Part shown: positions 8,845 through 17,221 of the stretch, piece after piece
Position numbering within the stretch: position 1 is the stretch's first letter
How the letters are laid out: every line of letters begins with the position of its first letter
Assembly: GCA_045807825.1 (NCBI GenBank)
Contig: JBJMGO010000135.1
Coordinates: 1 to 31,626, forward strand
Source: Pyrinomonadaceae bacterium
Lineage (GTDB): Bacteria; Acidobacteriota; Blastocatellia; Pyrinomonadales; Pyrinomonadaceae
Reading direction: 5' to 3'
Length of the DNA: 31,626 bases
Position numbers and translations under genes: made by a program
Notes under the pieces: generated by a model
The model's database searches: none
Told to the model about the DNA's origin: nothing
What the model saw: only the letters and a program-made list of their open reading frames with translations

Positions 8845-11055
8845 CTAGCGAGTCGACCTCGGATCCGGATGAGACTGGAGCACATACTCCTTTGGCGGGT
8901 CGGCACCTAGCAGATACCTGACAAAATAATCCCAGCGGCGACGCATCATGTACGGCCCGGCGGCGGCGTAGCCGTGGTGGGCGTTGGGGATCATGACTAG
9001 GTCAAAATCTTTGTTGGCTTTGATGAGGGCATCGACGACAAGGTATGTGTTCGACGGTGGGACGTTATCGTCCATCGTGCCGTGAGCGAGCATGAGGTGG
9101 CCTTTGAGATTCTTGGCGAAGTTCTCATTCGCCTGGTCCTCATAATTCGACTTACCGCTCAAGTCCTTTGTCAGGAGGCCGATGTAGCGCTCGCCCCAGT
9201 CGTCCTCATAGTTGCGGTTATCGTGGTTGCCGCTCTCCGAGATGCCGACCTTAAAGAAATCGGGAAAGCGGAACATCGCCGCCGCGGTCGCAAAACCGCC
9301 GCCCGAGTGCCCCCAGATGCCCACTCGATCCGTGTCGATGAAAGGATACTGCTGGGCAAGCTGCTTGATGCCGGCGATCTGGTCCTCGAGCGTGTTGTCG
9401 GCCATGTTGCCGTAGCACGAGTCATGAAACGCCTTTGACCGCAGCGGATTGCACATACCGTCGAGCTGCATCACGACGAAACCCAATTCCGCCAGCGCCT
9501 CGTTGTCGCCTCGCGAAGGCGAGAAGTTACGTCCGCCGGGCCCGCCCGAGTTGATCGCACCGCCCTGCGGACCGGGGTAGATGTTATCGATGATGGGGTA
9601 CTTTTTGTTTTTGTCGAGCTTGGTGGGCAGGTACAGAAGGCCGTAGAGATAAGTGACGCCGTCGTGAGCTTTTGTGACGAATTGCACCGGCGGCTGCCAA
9701 CCGGCAGTTTTGAGACGCGAGACGTCGCCCTTCTCGAGCGTTATCACGAGCTTGCCCGTCGTGTCACGCAAAACTGCGGTCGTGGCAGTGTCAGGCGTCG
9801 AGAAATTGTCGACAAAGTACTTGCCGTCCGGCGAGAAAGTCACATTATGATTCGCGGCCTCGGGCGTCAGCATCTGAAATCCGCTGCCGTCAAAGTTCAC
9901 GCGAAACATCTGGCCAAAGTACGGATTTACGCCCTTGTCATGTCCTCCAGCGAGGCCGTAGACGACGCGATTCTGCTCATCGACTCGGATGACGTTCCAC
10001 ACCGCCCAATCGCCTTTCGTGATCTGGTTTTTCAGCTTGCCGGTTGCGAGGTCATAGAGATAAAGATGACCCCAGCCGTCCCGCTCGGTGAACCAGATGA
10101 ACTCATTCGATGCAGGTAGGTAACGCCAGCTCACGCCGCCCTGCCCGGACTCAAACTGCGTCTTTGTCGATTCCTCGTAAACGTCGCGGACCGCACCGGT
10201 AGTCGCGTCGGCTACGCGGAGCTTCTCGTCCTTGTGATCGCGTGTGGTCGAGAGGAACGCCAGCGTCTTACTGTCGGGTCCCCAATAAACATCACTCCAC
10301 GTGCCGTCGCACGAGATGTCGTCGCAATCGGACGAACGGTGCGGATCAGGCGCCACCTGCAGTCTGGTGACCTTTGCCGAGTCCACGTCTATGACGACGC
10401 GGCTGATCATCGGCACATTCGGATCGCCGGGAAGAGCGGACTTCCACGTTTCGAGCTTTGGGGCTCCGACAGTGACCGGGACGAGATAAACGTCTGAGAC
10501 GTTTCGCTCGTCATCCTGGAATGTCGCGATCTTTTTGCTGTCGGGCGACCAGGACACAAGTGCACGACCGCTGTGGGTCCAGCCGGCGTTGTCGGTGGCG
10601 TAGCCAAAATCCTTAACGCCGTCGGTTGTGAGCCGCGTCTCTTTGCCCGTAGCGGTGTCCTTGATCCAGAGGTTGTAGTCGCGGATAAAGGCCGCCTTCG
10701 TACCATCTGGCGCCGTCGCAGGGTCACCATTGCCACCGCGTCGGCCGACGCGGGTCGCATTGCCGCCGGTGCCGGTGACGCCGAGCTCGTTGAATGTCGC
10801 TGCAGACTTACGCGAACCGTCCGCGGGGTTAACGAGTACATATTCGCTGCCGGTCGGCGTAAGCACGCGGTACCAAAAGCGGCCGTCGGGGAGCCAGGTC
10901 GCCCGCACGCCATTCCGGTCGACGAGCGGGTCGGTGTTGTAGCCGAGCATCTTCTCGGCGCGGGCATAATCATCGGCTGTGAGTGCGGGACGCTGGGCGA
11001 CAATCGCAGCCGCACCAAGAGCCACGAGGGCGATAGAAACTAAGAGGTTCTTCAT
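8845..11055 (-). CDS. Secreted S9B dipeptidyl-peptidase IV family serine peptidase
   Basis: Signal peptide, beta-propeller region, IYPGP, GIWGHSGGG nucleophile elbow, AHGTMDDNV (Asp) and NAHHG (His). Confidence 0.95.
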   Translation of the reverse strand: MKNLLVSIALVALGAAAIVAQRPALTADDYARAEKMLGYNTDPLVDRNGVRATWLPDGRFWYRVLTPTGSEYVLVNPADGSRKSAATFNELGVTGTGGNATRVGRRGGNGDPATAPDGTKAAFIRDYNLWIKDTATGKETRLTTDGVKDFGYATDNAGWTHSGRALVSWSPDSKKIATFQDDERNVSDVYLVPVTVGAPKLETWKSALPGDPNVPMISRVVIDVDSAKVTRLQVAPDPHRSSDCDDISCDGTWSDVYWGPDSKTLAFLSTTRDHKDEKLRVADATTGAVRDVYEESTKTQFESGQGGVSWRYLPASNEFIWFTERDGWGHLYLYDLATGKLKNQITKGDWAVWNVIRVDEQNRVVYGLAGGHDKGVNPYFGQMFRVNFDGSGFQMLTPEAANHNVTFSPDGKYFVDNFSTPDTATTAVLRDTTGKLVITLEKGDVSRLKTAGWQPPVQFVTKAHDGVTYLYGLLYLPTKLDKNKKYPIIDNIYPGPQGGAINSGGPGGRNFSPSRGDNEALAELGFVVMQLDGMCNPLRSKAFHDSCYGNMADNTLEDQIAGIKQLAQQYPFIDTDRVGIWGHSGGGFATAAAMFRFPDFFKVGISESGNHDNRNYEDDWGERYIGLLTKDLSGKSNYEDQANENFAKNLKGHLMLAHGTMDDNVPPSNTYLVVDALIKANKDFDLVMIPNAHHGYAAAGPYMMRRRWDYFVRYLLGADPPKEYVLQSHPDPRSTR

Positions 11056-11139
11056 AGGTATCTTCTGAATCAGGTTACTACGACGAGTATGCCCGATTTG
11101 TTATCATCGAGGAAAATTGACCAACGGGTTCAAGGGGTT

Positions 11140-12992
11140 ATGAGAAGGTTTCAGTCTGTATATTCACGAGCGTTGCTCGTCTGCTTTGTCCTGTCGGCGG
11201 CGGTTGCGGCGGCCGCACAATCGCGAATTACGGTCGATGTAGATGCGTCCGAGGCGGCCCGCGGCATTATCCATGTCAACGAAAAGATGACGGTGACGCG
11301 GGGACGGTTCGCCATCTTTTATCCTAAGTGGATCCCCGGCGAGCATTCGCCGACAGGCACGATCAACAACCTGGTTGATCTGCACATCTCGGCAAACGGC
11401 AAGCCCATCACGTGGAACCGAGACAATGTCGAGATGTTCGCGTTTTGGTGCGACGTCCCAAAGGGTGTGACTCGCTCGACATCACGTTTGACGATGTCGA
11501 GGATTTTGGTACGACGCATTCGGCAAATCTCGCACGCATCAAGTGGAATCGCCTTGTTCTGTATCAACGAGGCGTCAATCAAAATAAGATCACGGTCACG
11601 GCCTCGCTCAAACCGCCCGCAGGGTGGCAGTATGCGACTGCGTTACCGGTCGAGAGCGAGAATGGCGGTATTGCACAGTTTGGAGCGGTGGATCTCGAGA
11701 CGTTCATCGACTCGCCGGCGAGCATCGGTAAGTTCTTTAAAAAGGTGCCGCTCACCGATTCCGGGACGCTGCATGAGATGGATATTGCGGCAGACACTGA
11801 GGACGCGCTTCAGTACTCGCCGGAGATGCTGACCGGGTGGAAAAATCTCGTTCGGCAGGCCCACCTGGCGTATAACGGCCAGCATTACAATAGCTACAGA
11901 TTTTTGCTGACGCTGAGCGATGTGGGCGGCAGCGAGGGACTCGAGCATCACCAGTCGAGCGAGGACGGCACGCGGCTGGATGCACTGAAAGGCGGCGAGC
12001 CTTCGCTCGATCTCGGTGACCTCCTGGGTCACGAATATACGCATTCATGGAACGGCAAATACCGCCGTCCGGCAGGCCTCGCGACGCCGGACTTTGAAAA
12101 GCCCCAGGAGGGTGAGCTGCTGTGGGTCTATGAAGGCCTCACCGAATACATGGGCTACGTCCTGCCGACGCGTGCGGGATTGTGGACGCCGGAGATTTTC
12201 AGGGAGACGATCGCGTCCGATGCCGCCCTCATGGCAAATCAAGGCGGCCGCAATTGGCGCCCCGTGGTCGATACGGCAAGGGCCGTGCAATTTACATACG
12301 GCGAACCCCGAGGCTGGCGGAATATCCGCCGCGGCGTGGACTACTATTACGAGGGCGATCTCGTCTGGCTTGAGGTCGACACGTTGATCCGCAAACAGAC
12401 GGGTGGGAAAAAGTCGCTCGATGACTTCTTACATGATTTCCACGGCGGCCAGACGGGGCCGCACGTCGTGCCGTACACCTTTAATGATGTTGTCGCCGCA
12501 CTCAATCGAGTGACGCCGTACGATTGGGCGACATTCCTCCGGCAGCGTATCTATGAGGTGAAGCCTGACGCGCCGACCGGCGGTATCACCAATGGCGGCT
12601 GGCGGCTGGAATATAGTTCGACGCCTAACATCCGTCTGGCAGGTCAGGAGCAGATCGCCGGATATCGTAATTACATGTACGGTATGGGGATGATGGTAAA
12701 CAACAACGGCACGATCATGGACGTACAGCCGGACAGTCCGGCATTCAAGGCCGGGCTCGCACCAGGGATGAAGGTCCTGGGGCGAAGCAATCAGTCATTC
12801 TCAAATGACGCTCTCGCACAAGTCATCACCGCCGCGGCGACCAGCACACTGCCGATCAGCCTGCAGGTTGATAACGCAGGCGTTGTGGGCAATTACAATA
12901 TGGATTATCACGGAGGGCTGCGGTACCCGCATCTCGTCCGCGTCGATGGTCAGCCCGACCTTATAACTCCCATTGGTTCAGCCAGACAATAG
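11140..12992 (+). pseudogene. M61 glycyl aminopeptidase with C-terminal PDZ domain, split across two frames (-1 shift near 11457-11472); either a pseudogene, an assembly error or recoding
   Basis: Frame A (ATG 11140, SD AAGGGG) gives the signal peptide and PKWIPGEHSPTG N-domain. Frame B carries EGLEH, HEYTHSWN (HExxH), WVYEGLTEY and the PDZ. The frames join at VPKG / SLDITFDD. Confidence 0.88.
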
Positions 12993-13005
12993 GAGAAAAA
13001 ACTAA

Positions 13006-13281
13006 ATGCCAAAATACATTATCGAACGCGAGATCGCGGGTGCAGGCGATATCCCAGCGAATGAGCTGCAGGGAATATCGCAGACGTCGTGCAGCGTGCT
13101 TCGCGAGCTCGGGCCGCAGATCCAGTGGGTGGAGAGCTTTGTGACGCCGGACAAGATCTATTGCGTTTATATAGCCCCGAATGAGGAGATGATCCGTGAG
13201 CACGCGACGCGCGGCGGCTTTCCGGCAAACAGCATCTCGGAGGTAAAGACGATGATCGACCCGACCACCGCCGAGGCCTAG
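13006..13281 (+). CDS. DUF4242 domain-containing protein
   Basis: MPKYIIER...IQWVESFV..DKIYCVYIAPNEEMIREHA..GGFPANSISEV is the typical family pattern; AGGAG SD upstream. Confidence 0.92.
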   Translation: MPKYIIEREIAGAGDIPANELQGISQTSCSVLRELGPQIQWVESFVTPDKIYCVYIAPNEEMIREHATRGGFPANSISEVKTMIDPTTAEA

Positions 13282-13304
13282 TGTCGGCACACGCCGGATC
13301 AACG

Positions 13305-13328
13305 AAAAAAGGCGGCCCGAGAGCCGCC
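13305..13328 (-). terminator. Rho-independent terminator for the heptad-repeat protein gene
   Basis: GGCGGC-N6-GCCGCC stem (13311-13328) next to A6 (13305-13310), which is the U-tract on the minus strand. Confidence 0.85.
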
Positions 13329-13351
13329 GATCTCCCTCCGGTGTAAACAGT

Positions 13352-13879
13352 TCAGCCTCGGCGGCGGTCGTGTCGAACGTCGCGTCGGTCATTTCTCAGA
13401 TCCCGACGATCACCGCGCGTGTCGCGCCGGTCGCCTTTTAGATCTCGAGAATCTTTGCGAATGTCCCGCCGGTCACTCTTCAGATCGTGTTCGTCCTTAA
13501 GGATGTCGCGATGATCGGAGCGAATGTCACCGCGGTCGCTGCGGATGTCCTTGCGGTCAGCCGCTAATTCAGCCGCCGATGCACCTTCCTTCTTGTCCTG
13601 GCGGTAGTCCTTTACGTCGGAGTTGACGTCGCGCCGGTCACTGCGAATGTCCCGTTTGTCGCCATTAAAATCGCGGCGGTCCTTGCGTGCGTCGGTGCGG
13701 TCGCTTCTCAGGTCCTTACGATCCGAGTTGATGTCCTTGCGGTCGCTGCGTATATCACGCCGGTCGTGCCTGATATCGCGTCCGTCTCTTTGAATGTCGG
13801 ATTGTGCCGATGCGGCAAACGCTCCGACGCAGAGTAGTACCGCGGTCAAGACCGCTATTCCAGTTGTTCTTATCCTCAT
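13352..13879 (-). CDS. Secreted Asp/Arg-rich heptad-repeat protein (19 x D-phi-x-x-D-R-R)
   Basis: Signal peptide ending ASA-QS, then 10+9 heptads such as DIRSDRR separated by a 13-aa linker; GGAGG SD upstream and its own terminator. Confidence 0.85.
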   Translation of the reverse strand: MRIRTTGIAVLTAVLLCVGAFAASAQSDIQRDGRDIRHDRRDIRSDRKDINSDRKDLRSDRTDARKDRRDFNGDKRDIRSDRRDVNSDVKDYRQDKKEGASAAELAADRKDIRSDRGDIRSDHRDILKDEHDLKSDRRDIRKDSRDLKGDRRDTRGDRRDLRNDRRDVRHDRRRG

Positions 13880-14078
13880 AACTTTTCTACACCTCCAAAG
13901 TGTTATTCAGTGATCTTTAAAAAAAGCTGATCACCGGCTGAGGAGAGCTCGGCGCCTGAGGAAGCACGGCTCACAACTTTGGCACTACCTTGGACGACGG
14001 TTGAACACGATTGGCCGAAAAATCGCGCTTCGGATTTTTTTCGGTTATTCTAAATATTTGTACGAGGCAGTAGGTTTT

Positions 14079-15902
14079 ATGAGCGTTGATGTCGTAATGC
14101 CGCAGATGGGCGAATCCATCACCGAGGGCACCGTATCAAAATGGCTAAAGCAGGCCGGCGACCGCATCGAGAAGGACGAGCCGATCCTCGAGATCTCGAC
14201 CGATAAGGTTGATGCCGAGGTCCCGTCGCCCGGTGCGGGAATTTTGCTCAAGATCAACGTCCCCGAAGGCGAGACCGTCGAGGTCGGCAGCGTTTTGGCC
14301 GTGATCGGAGCCGAAGGCGAGGAAGCAGCCGGCGGTGGGGAGCCGGCAGCTGGCAGTAACGCGTCCGCGGCCTCGGCATCTGCGACTTCTCAAACTCCTC
14401 AGCCAGTCGAAGAGCGTACAGATCAAGTGTCAGTACCGGCGGCGTTAGCGGGTGGCGGTGGGGCTGTCAGTGCTCCCGTACCGACCGGCGATGAAAAATC
14501 ATCGCAGAGCCCGGGCGGCACTCCGATCGTAATGCCCCAGATGGGTGAGTCGATCACGGAGGGCACCGTTTCCAAATGGCTCAAGAAGGTCGGTGACGAC
14601 ATCGCCAAAGACGAGCCGCTGCTCGAGATCTCGACCGACAAGGTCGATGCTGAGGTTCCTTCGCCGGCGGGCGGTAAGCTGCTCTCGATCAACGTGCCGG
14701 AGGGTGAGACCGTCGAGGTCGGAGCCGTCCTCGCCATGGTCGGTGCGGAAGGGAGCGGTCAGCCGCCAGCGGTCAGCGGTCAGCCTTCAGCAACTGCGCC
14801 AGCCTCAGTACAACCGAGTGGCTCTGCGGGCCCAGAAGCTACGCCGAAGACCCAAACCGCCGCTGCCTCTGCGCAGCCGCAACCAGCAGTACGCACTACA
14901 CAATCGAATGGCGGGGGTTCGAATGGTCACTCTGTGGATGAGCTTCGCCGTATCAAGTCGAGTCCGCTGGTGCGCAAGATCGCTGCTGAGCATGGGGTCG
15001 ATATCACAAGAATCCCGGGCTCCGGCATTTCGGGGCGTGTGACCAAGCAGGACATTCTGCACTTTATCGAGACCGGTGCTGCCCTCAGGCCGCAGGACCT
15101 GCTCGTTAAAGGTGCACCTGCATTTACGCCGACTACGACTGCCGCACCTGCAAGTTCAAAACGCTTTGTTCCGCCGCCTCCGTCGACCATCGGAATGGAG
15201 GACCGCGTCGAGAAGATGTCGGTCATGCGAAAGAAGATCGCGGACCACATGACCTTCTCAAAGCAGACGTCGGCACACGTGACGAGCGTTTACGAGATAG
15301 ATATGACGCACGTCGCACGGTTCCGGACGGCGAATCAGCAGGCATTTCAAGCTAAATATGGCACGAAGCTCACATTCATGCCGTTCATCTTTCAGGCCGT
15401 GACGGCGGCGATCCGCGAGCACCGCATCGTCAACTCACAGGTGGATGGCGAGAATATCGTTTATAAGGGTGATATCAACCTCGGAATGGCGGTCGCTCTC
15501 GATTGGGGCCTTATCGTGCCCGTGATCCGCAATGCCGACACGCTCTCGCTTGCGGAGCTTGCCAGAAACGCGAATGATCTAGCCGATCGTGCCCGCACAA
15601 AGAGGCTTAGCCCGGACGAAGTGCAGGGCGGCACCTTTACGATCACAAACCCGGGCGTTTTTGGTGGACTATTCGGCACGCCGATCATCAATCAGCCGCA
15701 GGTCGCGATACTTTGCGTCGGAACCATCGAGAAACGGCCAAAGGTGCTCACCTCAGCCGAGGGCGACGATTACATCGCTATTCGGCAGATGGCGTATTTC
15801 GCCCTTACCTACGATCATCGGATCGTTGACGGTGCGGATGCAGAGAAATTCCTCAGCTTTATGAAGAATTATCTTGAGCACGCGGATTTTTCGCTTGAGT
15901 AA
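14079..15902 (+). CDS. sucB: 2-oxoacid dehydrogenase E2 (dihydrolipoamide succinyl/acyltransferase) with two lipoyl domains
   Basis: Two MPQMGESITEGTV...STDKVDAEVPSP lipoyl domains, E3-binding SPLVRKIAAEHGVDITRIPGSGISGRVTKQD and catalytic DHRIVDG. Start moved to ATG 14079. Acyl specificity cannot be proved from sequence. Confidence 0.88.
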   Translation: MSVDVVMPQMGESITEGTVSKWLKQAGDRIEKDEPILEISTDKVDAEVPSPGAGILLKINVPEGETVEVGSVLAVIGAEGEEAAGGGEPAAGSNASAASASATSQTPQPVEERTDQVSVPAALAGGGGAVSAPVPTGDEKSSQSPGGTPIVMPQMGESITEGTVSKWLKKVGDDIAKDEPLLEISTDKVDAEVPSPAGGKLLSINVPEGETVEVGAVLAMVGAEGSGQPPAVSGQPSATAPASVQPSGSAGPEATPKTQTAAASAQPQPAVRTTQSNGGGSNGHSVDELRRIKSSPLVRKIAAEHGVDITRIPGSGISGRVTKQDILHFIETGAALRPQDLLVKGAPAFTPTTTAAPASSKRFVPPPPSTIGMEDRVEKMSVMRKKIADHMTFSKQTSAHVTSVYEIDMTHVARFRTANQQAFQAKYGTKLTFMPFIFQAVTAAIREHRIVNSQVDGENIVYKGDINLGMAVALDWGLIVPVIRNADTLSLAELARNANDLADRARTKRLSPDEVQGGTFTITNPGVFGGLFGTPIINQPQVAILCVGTIEKRPKVLTSAEGDDYIAIRQMAYFALTYDHRIVDGADAEKFLSFMKNYLEHADFSLE

Positions 15903-16120
15903 ATCGGTGCAACCCGAGCGGTTTTCGGGTACTCTCAAGTTATTGTTATTCCTCTCCCTTGGACGTCATCGCCGGCGTTATCCGGTTGAATGTTGGTCTC
16001 CCCCGGCGGAGTAAAGAATTGGACCGCCCGATCAGCAAATGTCGTATCGCGACAACGCGCGCTCCCTTTTGGAGCGTCTATCAAAGTAGTACTTAAATCA
16101 GCATCATCCAGGAGGCATCT

Positions 16121-17116
16121 ATGATCAAAAGGATCTCTATTATTTTCCTATCGATAGTTTTCGCGAGCCTGAGCCTCTATGCTCAGAACGGCACGCCAAA
16201 CGATAATTCCAACGCACGCGTACGCAACGTCGCCTCGGGCCAGAAGCTCAAGGTCCAGGGCGTCGTGGTCGCAAAAGAGAGCGACAACACCGTTATTCTC
16301 CGCGATGCGACCGGTAACGACACACGCGTGGTGATCGAGCCGAACGCCAGTATCCGGACGAACGGCGGCTTCCTGAGGAGCGGCGACAAGTATGCGTCCT
16401 CGTCCATCGTTCGCGGGCTGAACATGGAGGTCGAGGGCCGCGGCGACGCGAATGGCTCCCTTTCGGCGTCGAGGGTCCGTTTTGACAAGCAGAACCTCCA
16501 GGCTGCCCAGGCACTCGACACAAGAGTCACCCCAGTTGAGGAGCGTGTTACGGCAGCAGAGCAGAATGCACAGCGTCTCTCAGGCCAGATCGACGAACTG
16601 ATGGCGATCTCTAACGCCGCCAAGGGCGGTGCGAAGGCCGCTCAGCAAACCGCCGACGCGGCAGTTGCAGGCGTGAATGCCACCAACAAGCGCATCTCGG
16701 ATCTCGACGACTACACGGTCCAGACCACGGCTACGGTTAACTTTAAGGTTGCGAGTGCAGTCCTTTCGCCCGACGCAAAGACGCAGCTTGATCAGGTCGC
16801 GGCCTCGGCATCGACGCTGAAGGGTTACATGATCGAGGTCACCGGCTTCGCATCTGCGGAAGGCGGTGCCAAGATGAACAAGCAGCTCAGCGAGAGACGT
16901 GCACAGGCCGTTAAGGATTACCTCATCGAGCAGCACAACATCCCGCTGCGTCGGCTGACAACGTCTTACGGCTACGGTGCCTTGCAGCCAGTTGCGGATA
17001 ACACGAGCCGCGAGGGACGCGAGCAGAACCGCCGGGTTGAGGTCAAGCTCCTCGTGAGCCGCGGCATCAACCAGAACGTCGAGGTCAAGTCGTCGCAAGA
17101 CAACAACGAGCAGTAA
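16121..17116 (+). CDS. OmpA-family peptidoglycan-binding protein (no beta-barrel; N-terminal beta domain plus coiled coil)
   Basis: Signal peptide; C-terminal TGFAS..G...N..LSERRAQAVKDYL and GYG...PVADN...GREQNRRVEV; GGAGG SD. Confidence 0.93.
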   Translation: MIKRISIIFLSIVFASLSLYAQNGTPNDNSNARVRNVASGQKLKVQGVVVAKESDNTVILRDATGNDTRVVIEPNASIRTNGGFLRSGDKYASSSIVRGLNMEVEGRGDANGSLSASRVRFDKQNLQAAQALDTRVTPVEERVTAAEQNAQRLSGQIDELMAISNAAKGGAKAAQQTADAAVAGVNATNKRISDLDDYTVQTTATVNFKVASAVLSPDAKTQLDQVAASASTLKGYMIEVTGFASAEGGAKMNKQLSERRAQAVKDYLIEQHNIPLRRLTTSYGYGALQPVADNTSREGREQNRRVEVKLLVSRGINQNVEVKSSQDNNEQ

Positions 17117-17130
17117 CTTTTTGTCTCAGC

Positions 17131-17183
17131 AGGGCATCTCATAAGCCGCGAGTACTAAATCCTCTCGCTGCTTGAGGTGCCCT
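17131..17183 (+). terminator. Long 3' stem-loop after the OmpA-family gene (terminator or mRNA stabiliser)
   Basis: AGGGC-ATCTC..AAGC.GCGAG pairs with CTCGC.GCTT-GAGGT-GCCCT (about 19 bp), followed by CATAACTTTT. Confidence 0.6.
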
Positions 17184-17221
17184 CATAACTTTTAGTGTCC
17201 TGCCCGCCTCTTGTTCGCACT

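Noticed and set aside
12961-13392. 143-aa minus-strand ORF whose N-terminus (FDTTAAEA) mimics the DUF4242 C-terminus
   Set aside because: It is antisense to DUF4242 and crosses a terminator; the resemblance comes from the 22-bp inverted repeat reported above.
13380-13800. 21-nt periodic repeats that could be mistaken for a CRISPR array or tandem DNA repeat
   Set aside because: The periodicity is at the protein level (heptads) with synonymous divergence; there are no identical repeats with unique spacers and no cas genes.
13980-13995. TGGCACTACCTTGGA, a sigma54-like motif upstream of the E2 gene
   Set aside because: The conserved GC is missing at GG-N10 spacing (it reads GA).
14001-14078. 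Longer ORF-track N-termini (also 1083-1187, 8637-8684, 11089-11139, 19749-19931, 22067-22126)
   Set aside because: The extensions lack family similarity, displace signal peptides or overlap neighbours and promoters; the downstream starts fit SD or promoter positions better.
15903-16120. 218-bp spacer before the OmpA-family gene with several small hairpins (possible riboswitch or sRNA)
   Set aside because: I recognise no riboswitch or tRNA consensus; an Rfam/Infernal scan would be needed.
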